Assembly (NCBI RefSeq): GCF_009914755.1
Contig: NC_060942.1
Origin: the human T2T-CHM13v2.0 reference genome, Homo sapiens
DNA length: 64,000 nucleotides
Reading direction: 5' to 3' (one strand)
Made by a program: the position numbers and the translations under genes. Of the stretch, positions 41,871 to 58,636 are shown in pieces. Below the pieces are notes generated by a model. The model was given only the letters and a program-made list of their open reading frames with translations. It ran no database searches and was not told the origin of the DNA. How positions within the stretch are numbered: the first letter of the stretch is position 1; each line of letters opens with the position of its first letter.

Positions 41871-43749
41871 CTAGTGACACAAGATCTATTACCCCAAATC
41901 TTCTAAGGCCTAGCCTATGAATTCAAAGGATCGGATATTTTTATTCTCTCAATTTCATGAGCATGTTTGTTGTGTACTTTGGAAATTGAGACAGTAGCTA
42001 TGAGAATACACAGTACGTTTCTAAGTCTAGCAGTGTCTATATTTTCTGACTTTCTTTGTTAAAGAAGGAAATAATTCACTTTCATTATAAATCTAACAGA
42101 TGTAAGTGGTAAAAAAAAAACACTAGAAGAAGAATCGTTTTAAAAGTATTTTTCTATTTAATTGGGCCCACTAGTTTTGCTTCTGTTTTGCAAGTAATTT
42201 TTTTAGAATTATAAATTTAAGGAAAGCCTGATGTAGCTTAAACCAAAAGGGTACCATTTTGATAAAAACAAAAAGTTATATAATCCCCAGCATAGCATGT
42301 AGCATATGGTTAGAAACTAATGGCCAAGTTTTAGAGCCTAAAATAAAGGGAGTAATAGGAGAAGACTAGGGTGTAATAAGAAACCACATTGGCTCATTTA
42401 ACATGTTTTAAGAGTGCTGTAGAACTGATTGATGGTTCCTTTGTAATAAGCGGTAAAAGGGTAAGGATATAAAAATACCTATAGTGGGCATTTTTAAAGA
42501 TACATTGGAAGAATGAGACACTTTTGTCTCAGAATTCTGAAATTATAATTTGCATGTTTGCATGGAGTTATTCATTGTGTTTCCTTGAGGGTGCTGTGAC
42601 CTTTTACATAGGGTAAAGTTTTTTAATGGCACTTGATTATTAAAATATGTCACAAAATATTCTGTCTAGAAGTGAAAATTGATATTATGAGTTACAAATA
42701 AGCCAAGGTTGACCAGTTTTGACCAGTATGTAGATGTGATACTATTTAGTAATATAAAAATTATATGGGCCACAATTAAAGGCTTTGTGTTCTACTTCCT
42801 TGTTGATGATTATCTTATAGCATGAAAGGAGACAAGAGGCTTGTTTTCTTTTTGCTTCAGTTCCCTTTTCTGTAAATGCAAATTTGTTTAAATAACATTT
42901 TGGAGAAGTAATACCTTTCTTCTTAGGGAAAAGAAATGAATCCTTCACAATATTCCCATGAAAACGATAAGATTTATTATCATTCCTCATTTTGTCCTTT
43001 CTGTGACCCCAAACTGTTATTAGCTCTGTATTTCCTACTTTATCAAATCTCAGCTCCACAATGTAGCCATCAAAGTCTTCCATAATCCTATCCACCCTCT
43101 TAATTTAGGAGGCAGCTTCTTGGTTTCACTAATATGTGTTTCTGCCTACAGAAAGGGGAGAGAGGAAAGGGGAAAACACCTTTCTTTCTGCTGCTCTGCA
43201 TCTTATTTATCCTTTAACAATCTCTGCACACTTGTCCTCTATAATGAAGCCTTCTCTGATCCACTCCAGTCATCTTGGATCTTTGTCTTTTCTGAATTTA
43301 TAATCTGTACCACAGAATATTGTACAGTATTTACTATTTGACCTGATATTTTCTTTAATTTCAGGTATATTTAATAATCTCACACCAACTGGATAGTAAG
43401 ATCTCTGAGGATCTAGATGGTATAATTCATTTTTCTATTTCTACTGCACAATATACAGTAGAGGGGCTAGGAAGGCAGTAACTAACATTTAAGAAATACT
43501 TTAACCAGGCATTTTGTGTATATTATCTAACATTAGGGACAGTGTTTAATCCCCTTTTATTATGTGTGAAACTGTGATTCAGAAGCATTTATAGCTTGCT
43601 GAAAGTACCCAGCTGGAGAGTGATGGAACCCATATTTATAATTATTTTTTTCTAGTTCTAAAGCCCCTGCTCCTTGCATTGTAGCATGAAATTTGTTCAA
43701 TAAATGTTTGTATATTAATTAGCTTCCATTATCATGAATGTAGAAATCA

Positions 43750-44235
43750 GATATGTATCACTTAAGGCAATTAACTTCACTAAGCTTCAGTTTCTGTAAT
43801 AGTAAAAGAGGCATCAAAATAGCACTTGTGGCTGGGCGTGGTGGCTGATGCCTGTAATGCTAGCACTTTGGGAGGCTGAGGTGAGTGGATCACTGGAGGT
43901 CAGGAGTTTGAGACCAGCCTGGCCAACATGGTGATGCCCCATCTCTACTAAAAATACAAAAAATTAGCTGAGCATGGTGGTGTGTGCCTGTATTCCCAGC
44001 TACTTGGGAGACTGAGGCAGGAGAATTGCTTGAACCGAGGAAGCAGAGGTTGCATGAGCTGAGATTGCACCAGTGTACTCCAGCCTGAGTGACAGAGTGA
44101 GAATCTGTCTCAAAAAAAAATTGCACTTGCTTCAGAGAGTTGATGTGAAAGTTGAATGAGGTAATAATGCATGTGAAGCATCTTAAACAGAATCTAGTTC
44201 ACAGAAAGTACTTAACAAATTGTAGTTATTATTTA
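43750..44235. mobile_element. MIR interrupted by an AluS (+, ~43829-44120)
   Basis: MIR core (cttcagtttc..gtaaaa; gagagttg..aatgaggtaataatgcatg) flanks the Alu. Confidence 0.75.
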
Positions 44236-44269
44236 CTATTCTTTGTTTTCTCTTTTTTTTAAATTTTGT

Positions 44270-46450
44270 CTGTGGTGCTTCTCACACATTCATTTATTAT
44301 TTCAAGACATTTTTGTTGAATACTTACATATGCTAAACATGATGCTAGGTCACATACAAGATAGATAGCATCACATACAAAATAGATTCGATCCCTGTCC
44401 TTAGAGATCCTACTATCTATCAGGAAAGTTAGATAATTACATAAATAGTCCTAAGAAAACCCGAATGAGTATTAGAGTATGAGGCACTATAGGAACCCCA
44501 GGTGTTGGGGAGGTCCCTCTGAAGAAATAATACTTAAGTGGACATCTGAAAGATGAGGGGCTGTCAAGTGAAGAAGTGGAAGGGGAAAGAGTGAAGAGTA
44601 TTTTTGACAAAGGAAATAGCTTGTGGGAAGGCAAGTAGAAAAGGACAGCTATGTTCTGTCAACTGAAAGGCATTCAGAATTGTTGAAGCAATGGAAAAAT
44701 AGAAATAGATGAAGCTAGAAACTGGTGCCAGATCATGGAATGCCATTAAACCATGTAAGTGAGGATATACTGAATGAGAGACCTTGAAGTGTTTTGATGT
44801 GGCTACTGTCAGTCTCCAGATTATTGCTCTTCTGTCATTCTATTAACAGACTACATTTGTCCAACAACAGAGATACTCACATGACCTAAGTAGAATCATT
44901 CATAATTTCTATCTTCCTGGCCACAGTGATGAGCATGTCACTCAAATCTAGCCAATGATAAGTTCACCCTTAGCAACTCTTCTGACTAGAGACAGAGGTA
45001 GCTTTTATTCTCTGGGAGAACTGTTGGGATGTGGGTCCAAGGTTCCTGGTGGCCATGTTTTTACTGTACAGAGAAAGCCTTTCCACATTAGGAAAGTGAA
45101 AAGCCAATATGCAAAGAGTACATATTAAAGTCCCTAGATCCTTTTGTCTCATGTCTAGCTCTGTGCTGTGTTGATTTGCTTAGTGACAGATGGTCCCTTT
45201 ATAAGCTTTAAGTAAAGGAATGCCACATTCAGACTTTATTTTCTTCTTCTTCTTTTTTGGTCTTCATTTTATTTTCCAAATATTTCTCAGGCTACCTATG
45301 GTCAGTGAATTGGATGAAATCAAGACTAGAAACAGGGAGACCAGTTAGTATTCTGTGGAAATAGTCTAGATGAAAGATGATAACTAGCTTTTACTAGACT
45401 TGGGGGGAAAGTAAAAATAAGGTGGATTCCAGAAAAACATTAAGCAGTATACTTGTTACAATTTGATGGTTATATGGATGGTGTTGACAGAGGTATAGAA
45501 GAAGGAGGAATAAAAGTTGGTGTCCCTGTTTCTGGATGTGCCTGCTAAGTAAATGGTACTGCCATTTACTTAGAGAATGTAAGCACTAAGTTTTGGGGGA
45601 AGATAACTGTTTTGGACTTGCTGAGGTTGAGATGCTTATGGAAACTGTAGCAGACAGACTTTAAAATGGCCTCCAGTGATCCCCACCTTGTGGTGGTCAT
45701 GCCCTTGTATAACCTTCCTCCCTTGGATGTGGGCTGAACTTAGTGACTTGCTTTTAAGGAATGGAATAGGTGAAAATGACGAATGTCACATCAGGGATTA
45801 GGTTGCAAAGAAATGGTGACTTCATTTTATTCATCCTTACTCGCTGTTTTGCTTGCTTACTCTGGTGAAACCCAGCTGCCGTGTTGAGTTGCCCTCTGCA
45901 GGGCCCAATGAGGCAAGGAACTGAGGGAAACATTTGTTCAAAATCTAGTAGGGAACTGAGATCCTTAGTCCAACAACCCAGGGGAACTGAATCTTGCCAA
46001 CAACAATGCGAGTGAGCTTGGAAATGGATCCTTCCCCAGTTGAGCCTAGAGATGCATGCAGCACTGGTAGACAACTTGATTGCAGCCTTATGAGAGACCC
46101 TGAGCCAGAGGAATTAGCTAAACTGTGTCCCGATTCCTGAACAGAGACTGTGAGGCAGCTGAAAAGTACATGTTTGAAATTTAAGAGATTGATTTTGGCT
46201 GGAAATAATAATTTTGAAGTGCATTGTTTCTCTCCCCTGTTAAAAACCTATATTGAAGGTCAAGTAAATGCATACTCTTGAGTACCCTTCTGTGTTCAAT
46301 AAGACTAAATATAGACTATAGACTAAGCCGAGGATAGTCTACAACTGAACCTTGAGGAACCTTAATGACCTTTGTAATTACCTTGACTAAACTCTGAGAG
46401 AAGAGGGATAGAAACCAGGTTGTTGTGGGCTGAGGGATGATGACAATATT
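44270..46450. mobile_element. L2 fragments with inserted MLT1 LTRs (~44830-45170 and ~45647-46150)
   Basis: L2 3' end (cattcatttatt..ttgttgaatacttac); MLT1E/F-like start tgtagcagacagactttaaaatggcc. Confidence 0.65.
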
Positions 46451-48329
46451 TGACTTGAAGGGCTTGAAAGAAAAAAGGTGGGATTAAAGTGGAATGGTCT
46501 TAAAATTAAGATAAAAGAGACTAACATAGGTTTCTGTCTGTTCGTTGAACTTCTCAATTTGTTCGCATAGTGTTTTCCTGATCTCGCTTGTTTATCTCTG
46601 TACTCTTGTAGCTTACTGAGCTTTTAAAAGATTGTTACTTTTTAATTCTTTGTCAAGAAATTCATAGATCTCCATACTTTATTTTCTTCCTTTGGTAGTA
46701 TCATGTTTCTCTGATTGTTCACGATTCTTGTGGCCTGGCATGGATGTCTGCACATTTGAAAAAGTAAGTACCTCTTCAGATTAGCTTCAGCAGGAAAAGT
46801 TCTTCACCAGTTAGCCCATCCAGAGATTTGGGGTGGGCCTGCCACTAGAGTCCTTTGGCAGGCTGGCGTGATGCCTAGGTCAGCAGGCAGGCTGGCTTGG
46901 CACCACAGGTGCCAGCCTTGTACCAGGGCTCACTGGGGTGGGCCTGGAACCTGAGTCCACAGGAGCAGACCTGGAGCTTGGATCCATGGGGTCCATGGAA
47001 AAGTCAGATACCCACGTTACTCTCCTTACCACACATGGATGGTATCTCTCTCTGCACTGTGTTGCTGGGCCTTGAAGGACAGGTGATGTGGATAATGTCA
47101 AATTGTCTTTCTCACTCTCTTCAAAGTGTCTTTTCGTATTTCTGTGCTTTGGTCTCTCACCTGGATTCTTTTCTTAGGAAGTATTTTCACACATAGTAGT
47201 ACAAATTGGTATTTCTGCTGGGACATGGGCATGGGAAACTCCTATTCTGCCATCTTGCTGATGTCATATTGTTTTGAGATTTTGGCATCAGCTTTCATAA
47301 ATGAGGAATTATTGGTACTTTTATTTATTTAGAAAATGTTATATTTGCCAGACTTTAACATCATTACATAATTTTACTAAAGAGTTAGGAACATACCCGC
47401 TTTCATCTGCATCATAGAATAATTTAAATAGCACAGGAATTACTCATAACAAAATTAGCAAGAATTCATCCATGAACCCTCTAGGTCTGACACTTGTTTT
47501 TGAGGATTAGTTCTTTTCTGAAATTATTGCATGTTTGTTAGTGAAACAGAGTTTTTTGTCTTTTCTTGAATCAACATGGCCAGTTTTAAATTTTTCTACT
47601 CCGTAATATCTTTCAATCAGATTTTCAAATTTATTAACTTAAGGTTATACTTTTAAAATTGTTACTTTTCCACACTTGTATGTATTTCTTTCACTCTATC
47701 CCTTTCCTAATGAGATTAACTGAGATATACATTTTAATTATTTGTTTAAAATAACCAAATCTTGGTATTATTTATCAGTTTTGTTGTTTTCTCCCTAACC
47801 ATTAATTTTTGCTTTTTTCTTATTTTTCCCCTTAAGCTTAGCTGCAATATTTTTATCCCTTTTTGTACCTACTGATTTCTTAATTCATTTTTAATATTTT
47901 TTCTTACTTGATTAAAAAAATAAAATGATAAATTCTCTCCTGAACATAATTTTGACCACACTCAAAATACTTTGATATTAACATATTCATTATCAACATT
48001 TTCTAGTCTATATTGGTACTTTTAATTTCTTTACTAAGTCAAAAATTATTTATGAGAGTTATAAATTGTTGTCTTGTGACCAATAAATTTAACTTGATTT
48101 ATTTCAATTGTGAGAATATTTTGAGATTTTTCTTTTAGTCCTAATATATGTTAAATTGTTACAATATCCCATGGCTTGTTGAGAAGGCATATTCCCTATA
48201 AAGTTTAACATTTGTTCATTTGATGAGGATAGGATAGGGAGGGAGGATGGCTGATCTGAAATATAATGTTTAAGAAAGGGTACTTGGATAAACTGATAAG
48301 AAATGAAAGAACAATAAGAACAAAAGCGT

Positions 48330-48955
<626 letters not shown>

Positions 48956-49237
48956 TAATGCTACTTTATAACACATATTTTTATACAGTGATATTGTATA
49001 AATCAGTATTAATATCACACTTGACTACAAAGCAATTATAAACACCAATACCTATGTCAAAATTTTTAGATTACCCCTGTAATACAGAACCAAAATTCTA
49101 AACTTTCCTCTAAAAAAGAGGAGAGAAAAAGGAGCAATAGTCACCCTACTTGTATTCTTCTTGTTTGAATAGAGGCTTTCTTTATCAGTAATGTAGGATA
49201 AGGACATTTGGTCTTTCTCTTGGCTGCTTGTGGCCCC

Positions 49238-49591
49238 TGTCTTAACTTAGATTATTTGAGCTGCTAAAACAAAAGACAATAGACAGGGCACTTTATAAAC
49301 AACAGAAATTTATTTCTCACAATTCTAAAGACTGGGAAATCCAAGATCAAGGCCTATTCAGTGTCTGGAGAGTACCCATTTCCTAGTTCATAGTTAGAAC
49401 TTTCTTGCTGTGTCCTCACATGGTGGAAAGCGCAAACAAGCTCTCTTAGGCCTCTTTAATAAGGGCACGAATCCCAGTCAACCATCATGACCTAATCACC
49501 TCTCAAAGGCCCTACCTCCTGATAGTATCACCTTAGGGGTTAGGATTTCAACATACGAATTTGGGGGGAATATAAATATTCAAACCACAGC
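49238..49591 (-). mobile_element. MLT1A-type MaLR LTR
   Basis: aacaacagaaatttatttctcaca ... attcaaaccacagca. Confidence 0.8.
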
Positions 49592-49763
49592 AACTCAATC
49601 CCTATCCCTCCAAATTGTGAAATACATGGGAAAACTTTTACAGAATTTTATCTATTTAACTTTCTTTACTGCCATTAATACTACCAGCACTAGTACTGCC
49701 GCCTTTATAAAGAATCCACATGGATTCCCGGCATCTTCTTTCATTTTGCTTAATTTTGCACTA

Positions 49764-50922
49764 TATAGCAGATTCTCAAATAACATTGTTTTGTTCAACA
49801 TTCTTTTGTTATAACATTGATGAGAAAAAAAATCGATTCCCACCGAAGGCCACTCTATATGGAGTTTGTTAGTTTTCCCCGTGTCTGCATGGGTTTTCTC
49901 CATGTACTCCAATTTCCTCCAACATCCCAAAGATGTGTGCGTTAGGTTAATTGATGTGTCTAAATTGTCCCAATCTGAGTGAGTGTGTGTGTGTATGAGC
50001 AAAGCCTATGATGGAATGGCATCCTGTCCATGGTTGGTTCCTGCCTTGTACCCTGAACTGCTGCAATAGGCTGCAGCCACCTGTGATCCTGAACTTGGAT
50101 AGGCAGATTGGAAAATGAATGAATGAATACAAATTATTATAAAATAAAAATTTATAAAGTATATAATAATCATACAGATGCACAACAGTAAACAACGAGG
50201 TATGAAAGCACTTAGTGAGCTTGTCGTAGACCTTATTGTTTGTTTTTGAACTGAATGGTGGTAGGAGATGCTCTTTAAAATTTTTGCTTTGCAAACGTTT
50301 ATTCTTTGATTTAACCCACCACCACTATGACTGCTGTCACTCATGGATTCACCAAAAATTGGATAAATAATTATCATACTTTCTTTTTTTTTTGAGCTTG
50401 AGTCTCGCTCTGTTGCCCAGGCTGGAGTGCAGTGGCGCAATCTCTGCTTACTGCAAGCTCTGCTTCCTGGGTTCCAGCGATTCTCCTGGCTCAGCCTCCT
50501 GAGTTGCTGGGACTACAGGTGCCTGCCACTATGCCCGGCTAATTTTTGTGTTTTTAGTAGAGACGGGGTTTCACCATGTTGGCCAGGCTGGTCTCGAACT
50601 CCAGACCTCAAGTCGTCCTCCTGCCTCAGCCTCCCAAAGTGCTAGGATTATAGTGCTGTGAGCCACCGTGCCCAGCCTTATCATACTTGTTTTTGTTAGT
50701 GTTTGTTATATATACAGCTCACATTTATTTCAGTGTTTAATATTAGAGGTGTTTTAGGTATTTGTTTAGAAGTTTGGGGATGTTTTTGTGACCAGAAATA
50801 TTTCATATGAACCTAACTCCTGTTTATATTAATTGGGGTGTGATAAAATTGGTTTCATTATACATCATTTGCTTATAGTTGCAATTTTCAAGAACCTGTC
50901 AATGACATTGAGAACTTACCGT
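49764..50922. mobile_element. MER6 (Tigger-family) element with an Alu insert at ~50380-50678
   Basis: gtgtctgcatgggttttctcc..catcccaaagatgtg core; TA-flanked ends. Confidence 0.75.
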
Positions 50923-51209
50923 ATTTAGATAGTGCTTTTTTCAGGTGTATTGTATGAGATTAGGACACTCATAATTTCAGCATTGGTGGTATTTTCTTTG
51001 CAATTTCTACCTATTTGTCTTCCTTGCTTTGAGTCTGGGGAATGGATCTCCAGTAAGCCTATACCTATGAAGCTGTTTTCTAGAAAGTTACTTTTCTTGT
51101 TTTTATTGAATACTTAAGGAGAAGTCATTTCCCCTAAGTCATATGTTAGAATAACTTGGTTTTATATTTTAAACTGACATCTGAATATATATGTATTTTA
51201 ATGACTTGA

Positions 51210-51344
<135 letters not shown>

Positions 51345-51559
51345 TAAGGTCCTACAATAATGATGCATAGTGTCTTACTGTAGTAGGGCAACACAGTTAA
51401 CCTCAGTGCTGCAGTTGTGCTATATTTATAAAACATGTGGAGTTGTTCTACAAACAATATATCCTACGTTTTAAAGCAAATACTAACTTTGTAAACCAGG
51501 ATTTTTGATAAAGTACAAATGTTAAAAGATATATATTACTTTACTTCAAAATTTAGGTA

Positions 51560-52800
<1,241 letters not shown>

Positions 52801-53137
52801 AAATAAGACATGCCTCTTGTCTTTTTTTTTTTCCTCATCTTCTGATTGGGTTTTTTTTTTTTAACTGTAATTTTATATTGAAGTTTAACAATCTCATTCA
52901 AGCCACACATGATGGTGCACATCTGTAATTGCACCTACTCAGGAGGTCGAGGCAGGAGAATTACTTGAGCTTAGAAGTTTGAGTTCAGCTTGGGCAACTG
53001 AGCAAGATACTATCTCTTAAAAAATAAAAAAATTAAAACCTCATTCAGAAAAACAAAAATGCCTTTATTGTGCTGTCTTTAAGAAGGAATTATCTTTTCA
53101 CAAAACAAGTCTTAATAAATATAAAAACATTGAAGCA

Positions 53138-53886
<749 letters not shown>

Positions 53887-56580
53887 GATTGAAACCATAC
53901 AGAGTATTTTTTTCTGATCAAAATGGAATGGAACTAGAAATTAGTAGTGGAAGGAAGACGTGAAAATCCACAAACACGTGGAGTTAAGCAATATATTCCT
54001 AAATCACCCATGGGGCAATGAAAAAAATCACAAGGGAAATGAACAGATATCTTGAGAGAAAGGCAAATAAAAGCACAACATATCAAAACTTGGGGAATGT
54101 ATTGAAAGTAGTGCTAATAGGAAAATTTATAGCCATAAACATTTACATTAAAAAAGAAAGATCTCAATTCAACAGCCTGCCTTTATACCTTAAAACTAGG
54201 AAAATAAGAATAAACTAAGTTTAAAGCTAGTAGAAAGAAGTAATAAATCCCTGATGACTCTTTCCCCTAGATTGTATATCATATTGTTTGTTAGCATGTA
54301 GTGTTTTTAGCTTTCTACTGTTATAAAATATTGTAGTGCTAAATTTGAGAAAAAGAAGTATAAAGATCAGAACATAGATAAATAACAGAATAGAAAAACA
54401 AAAGAGAAAAATAACAAAACCAAGAGTTGGTTCTTTGAAAAGATCAACAAAACTGACAACTCTTTAGCTAGATTGACTAAGAAAAAAAGAGAGAAGACTC
54501 AAGTAAAATGAGAAATGAAGAAGGGGACATTAGTGCCAGTTTTACAGTTTTAATTCTTAAAAACAATTTTAAGAGAGTACTGTGAACAATTGTACATAGA
54601 CAGAATTCCTTGAAACACACCTTGCTCAATAAGATATATTAATAGAAAATCTGAACAGACACAATAAGACATTGAATGAGTTATTAAAAACCTCCCAACA
54701 AAGGAAAGTCTAGGATCTAACGACTTCACCAGTGAATCCTACCAAACATTTTAATGAAGAATTAATAGCAGTCCTTCTGAAACTCTTCCAAAAAGTTAAG
54801 GAGTAAACACTTCCAAGTTTAATCTATAAGACCAATATTAACATAATGCCAAAGCCAAAGACATTACAAGAAAAGAAAACTATAGACAAATATCCCTTAT
54901 GAGCAGTGAGCAAAAATCCTCAACAAACTAGTAGCAAACCAAATTCAGAACTTTAAAATAATAATACATCATGACCAATTTGGATCTATCCCTGGAGTGC
55001 AAGCATGGTTCAACATATGAAGATCAATCAATGTAATATACCACATTAACAGAAGGAAAGAAAAAAACTATATAATTATATAAATTATATAGAAAATGCA
55101 TTTGACAAAATTTAACACTCTTTCTTGGTAATGGCACCCAACAAACTAGAAATAAAAGGAAATCACCACAACATAATTCAGGCTATCTATGTAAAAAATT
55201 CACAGCTGACATCATACTCAGTGGTGAAAGATTGAAAGCTTTCCCTCTAGAACCAGGAACAAGATAAAGATGCCCACTTTTGCCGCTGCTATTCAACATA
55301 GTAATGAAAGTCTTAGCCAGAGCAGTTAGGAAAGAAAAATAAATAAAGGTATCCAAATTGGGAGGGAAGAAAAATCATCTCTGTTCACAGAAGACATGAT
55401 CTTATATAGAATACTAAAGATTCCACCAAAAATGTTACAAATAATAAACAAATTGAGCAAAGTTGTAGGACACAAAATCAACACCCCGGAGTAATTTCTT
55501 TCTTTTTCTTTTTAATTTGAAACAGGGTCTCACTCTATCACTCAGCCTGAAGCACAGTGGCATCACCATAGCTCACTGCAGCCTTGAACTCCAGGGCTCA
55601 AGCAACCCTCCCACCTCAGCCTCCTGAATGCAGGTGTGTGCCACTGCACCTGGCAATTTTTTTTAATTTTTATTTTTGTAGAGACAGGATCTCACTATGT
55701 TGCCCAGGCTGGTCTCAAACTCTTGGCCTCAAGTGATCCTCCCATCTCAGCCTCCCAAAGTGTTACAATAAAGGTGTGAGTCACCACACCAAGCCCCAAA
55801 TCATTTCTATGTACTGACAATGAACCGTCAGGAAAGGAAATTAAGAAAAACAATTCCATGTCAATAGCATCAAAAAGAATAAAATACTTATTGGGAATGA
55901 ATTTAAGGAGGCAAAAGATTTGTACTCTGAAAAATGCAAAACATTGCTGAAAGAAATTGAAAAAGACACAAATGGAAAGACATCCCGCATTCATGGATTG
56001 GAAGACTCAGGATTATTAACATGTCAATATTATCCAAAGCAATTTAGATTCAATGTCATCCCTAACAAAATTTCAATGATTTTTTTAAATAAAAAAGAAT
56101 TATGACATTCATATGGAATGACAAAACAATTTTGAAAGAGAAGAGCCAACTTAGAGGTCTCACATGTCTTGTTTTTGAAAGCTACTACAAAGATACAGTA
56201 AGCAAAATAGTTTCATGACTGGCTTAATGAAAGACATGTAACTAATGGAATTGAATAGAGAACATAGTAATAAATCCTTGCATGTATGATATGGTCAAAT
56301 GACTTTTATCAAGGATGCCAAGACTACTCAGTAGGGGAAAAGACAATCTTCTAAACAAATGGTGCAGGGGAAACTGAATATTCACATAAAAAGAATGAAG
56401 TAGGACTCTACCTAACATCACATACAAAAATTAACTCAAAATGAATGAAAGACCTAAACATAAGAGCTGAAAATATAAAGCATAGTGGGAAAGCTTCATG
56501 AGATTAGATTTGGAAATGATTTCTTGAATATGACACTAAAAGTACAGGTGAAAAAATAAGTTGGACTACAAAAAAATTAT
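53887..56580 (+). mobile_element. Old L1M ORF2 fragment in PSMA8 intron 2; Alu (-) at ~55497-55795
   Basis: Decayed ORF2 motifs (ttggttctttgaaaagatcaac, gattgaaagctttccctct). Confidence 0.85.
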
Positions 56581-56657
56581 TTCATGTACCATGTGGAATT
56601 CCACTTAATAGCAGAAGTTTTACATTATGATTGTATCCTCAATATAAAATTGTGGTA

Positions 56658-56889
56658 CAGGTTGAACACACCCAATTGGAAAATCCAAAATGTTCCAAAA
56701 TCTGAAAATTTTTGAGCACCAACATGATGCTCAAAGGAAATGCTCATTGGAGCCTTTTGGATTTTTGATTTTCAGATTAGGGATGCCCAACCAGTAAGTA
56801 TAACGCAAATATTCCAAAACCTGGAAAAACATCTGAAACACTTCTGATCCCAAGCATTTTCAGATGAGCGATGAGGGATACTCAACCTG
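56658..56889. mobile_element. Tigger4a/MER46 MITE
   Basis: TIRs caggttga ... tcaacctg with TA duplications. Confidence 0.85.
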
Positions 56890-57472
56890 TACATATTTCA
56901 GAGCACTTGACTGAATACTCATTTTTTTCTGTAGATTGTTTATTTTTAAGCAAAGTGAAATTGTAATTTTAAACTTAAATTTTAATTTGATTCCTTTTTT
57001 TTTTTTCAGAGACAGGTTTTCACTTTGTCACCCCCAGTGGGAGTACAGTGGCACGATCATAGCTCACTGCAGCCTTAAACTCCTGGGCTCAAGCAATCCC
57101 CCCGCCGCAGCCTCCCAAGTAGCTAGGACTACAGGCATGTGCCAGCATGGCCTGCTAGCTTTTTTATTTTTTTGTAGAAACCGGGGTCTCTCTGCGTTGC
57201 TCAGGCTAGTCGCAAACACCTGGCTTCAAGCAAGTCTTCTGACTCATTAAATGTAAATTTTAATTGTAATTTGTTAAAATAGAATTTGTTCTCTGCTAGC
57301 CAATTAATAATAATCTTGCTACTTATTGAAAACAGACATACACATAACTATGTTGCTCATATACTTTGACAAACTTATCACTATTTTTTCCTCGAATCAA
57401 TTATATTACTACTTTCCTAAGTATGTTACTTTTGTTTCCTCAGGCTTGGATGATATTTACATTGTAAAGGGG

Positions 57473-57600
57473 AAATACATACTTTGTTTGATCATATTTC
57501 AGATTGAGTGACGTTTTCATCCATAGGAAAGACTATAAATACATATTCTGTTTGATCATATTTCAAATTGAGTGATGTTTTCATCCATAGGAAAGACTAA
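57473..57600. repeat. 64-bp tandem duplication (2 copies)
   Basis: aaatacata..tgtttgatcatatttcaRattgagtgaYgttttcatccataggaaagacta at 57473 and 57537. Confidence 0.92.
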
Positions 57601-58511
57601 ATCAGTTTCTTGCCATTTCTTTCTCATAGATAACATTTGCAAAGGGAAAAAGAGAATCAGTTTCTCTTCATTTAACTGAGTATCTGATTACAATTTCTAC
57701 CCAACTATGAGTGATGGTTAAGAGTAGCATATTCATATTAACTATCTTCAGGGACTGAAGATTCTTCCAGGTTTGTAGAAACAGGATTAGAAATGGTGTG
57801 GAAGGGAAACAAGAATTTGTGACAGCAAAAGACCAGTGATTTTGTTAGAAATGACTACGCTTCCAAGATTTTGTGAGTGCACTTTCTTGGCAATTTAGTT
57901 AGTATTAAGAGAGGAGGGAAAGAAACAAAGTGGACATGGAAAAGTCAAATGCCAAAGTTTAATAGAAATGTTTGCAACCATTGCATCAGTTAAAGTTCAT
58001 GGTCAGTTTGTTGCTCTTTTGATAGAAACACATTCTGTCTCCTTACAGAAGTGTTGAGAATTAATCACATGATAGTTTGTTATTGCAAGAGCAAGGTCAA
58101 GTGTTTTCTATTTTAGCATTCTTCATTTTCAAACTCATGGTTTTAGACAAAAAACTGAGAAGTGACATGTCACAGCTTTGTTAATGTAGTTTGAATTCAG
58201 TGAATATATATTTGATAATTAAGTAATATTATTGTTTTCATAAGAATAAATCAAGTTTACTATTAGTGTTTAAACTATTATTCTTTAAAACATCTATAAA
58301 AAACAAATAAGAATGGATCAACTTAAATCTTGAAATAAATCAGAATGTAGGACAAATGACACTTTATCTCACAAGTCTTTTAAAATGAGCATGTATTGAG
58401 AAAAAAAGGATAAGAAAGATTTCATTGTGAATAAAACCCATTTGACAAGGAAAAATGTATTGTAAAAAATATGTTTTTGTGGTTTTTGTGAAGTTTTGAC
58501 AATTTTTATAG

Positions 58512-58636
58512 GACTTACTGCTGATGCTAGAGTAGTAATAAACAGAGCCCGTGTGGAGTGCCAGAGCCATAAGCTTACGGTTGAGGGCCCAGTCACTGTA
58601 GAATACATAACTCGCTTCATAGCAACTTTAAAGCAG
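58512..58636 (+). CDS. PSMA8: PSMA8 coding exon 3 (125 nt; an alternative upstream acceptor starts it at 58494)
   Basis: Acceptor tttatag|GA and donor CAG|gtaagc. Translates to (G)[41 protein letters not shown]. The gene continues beyond the window. Confidence 0.96.

Noticed and set aside
57445-57700. Possible intronic box C/D snoRNA
   Set aside because: No convincing RUGAUGA box C with a terminal stem and matching box D.
58364-58620. Minus-strand ORFs over exon 3
   Set aside because: Antisense shadows of the PSMA8 exon with no independent support.
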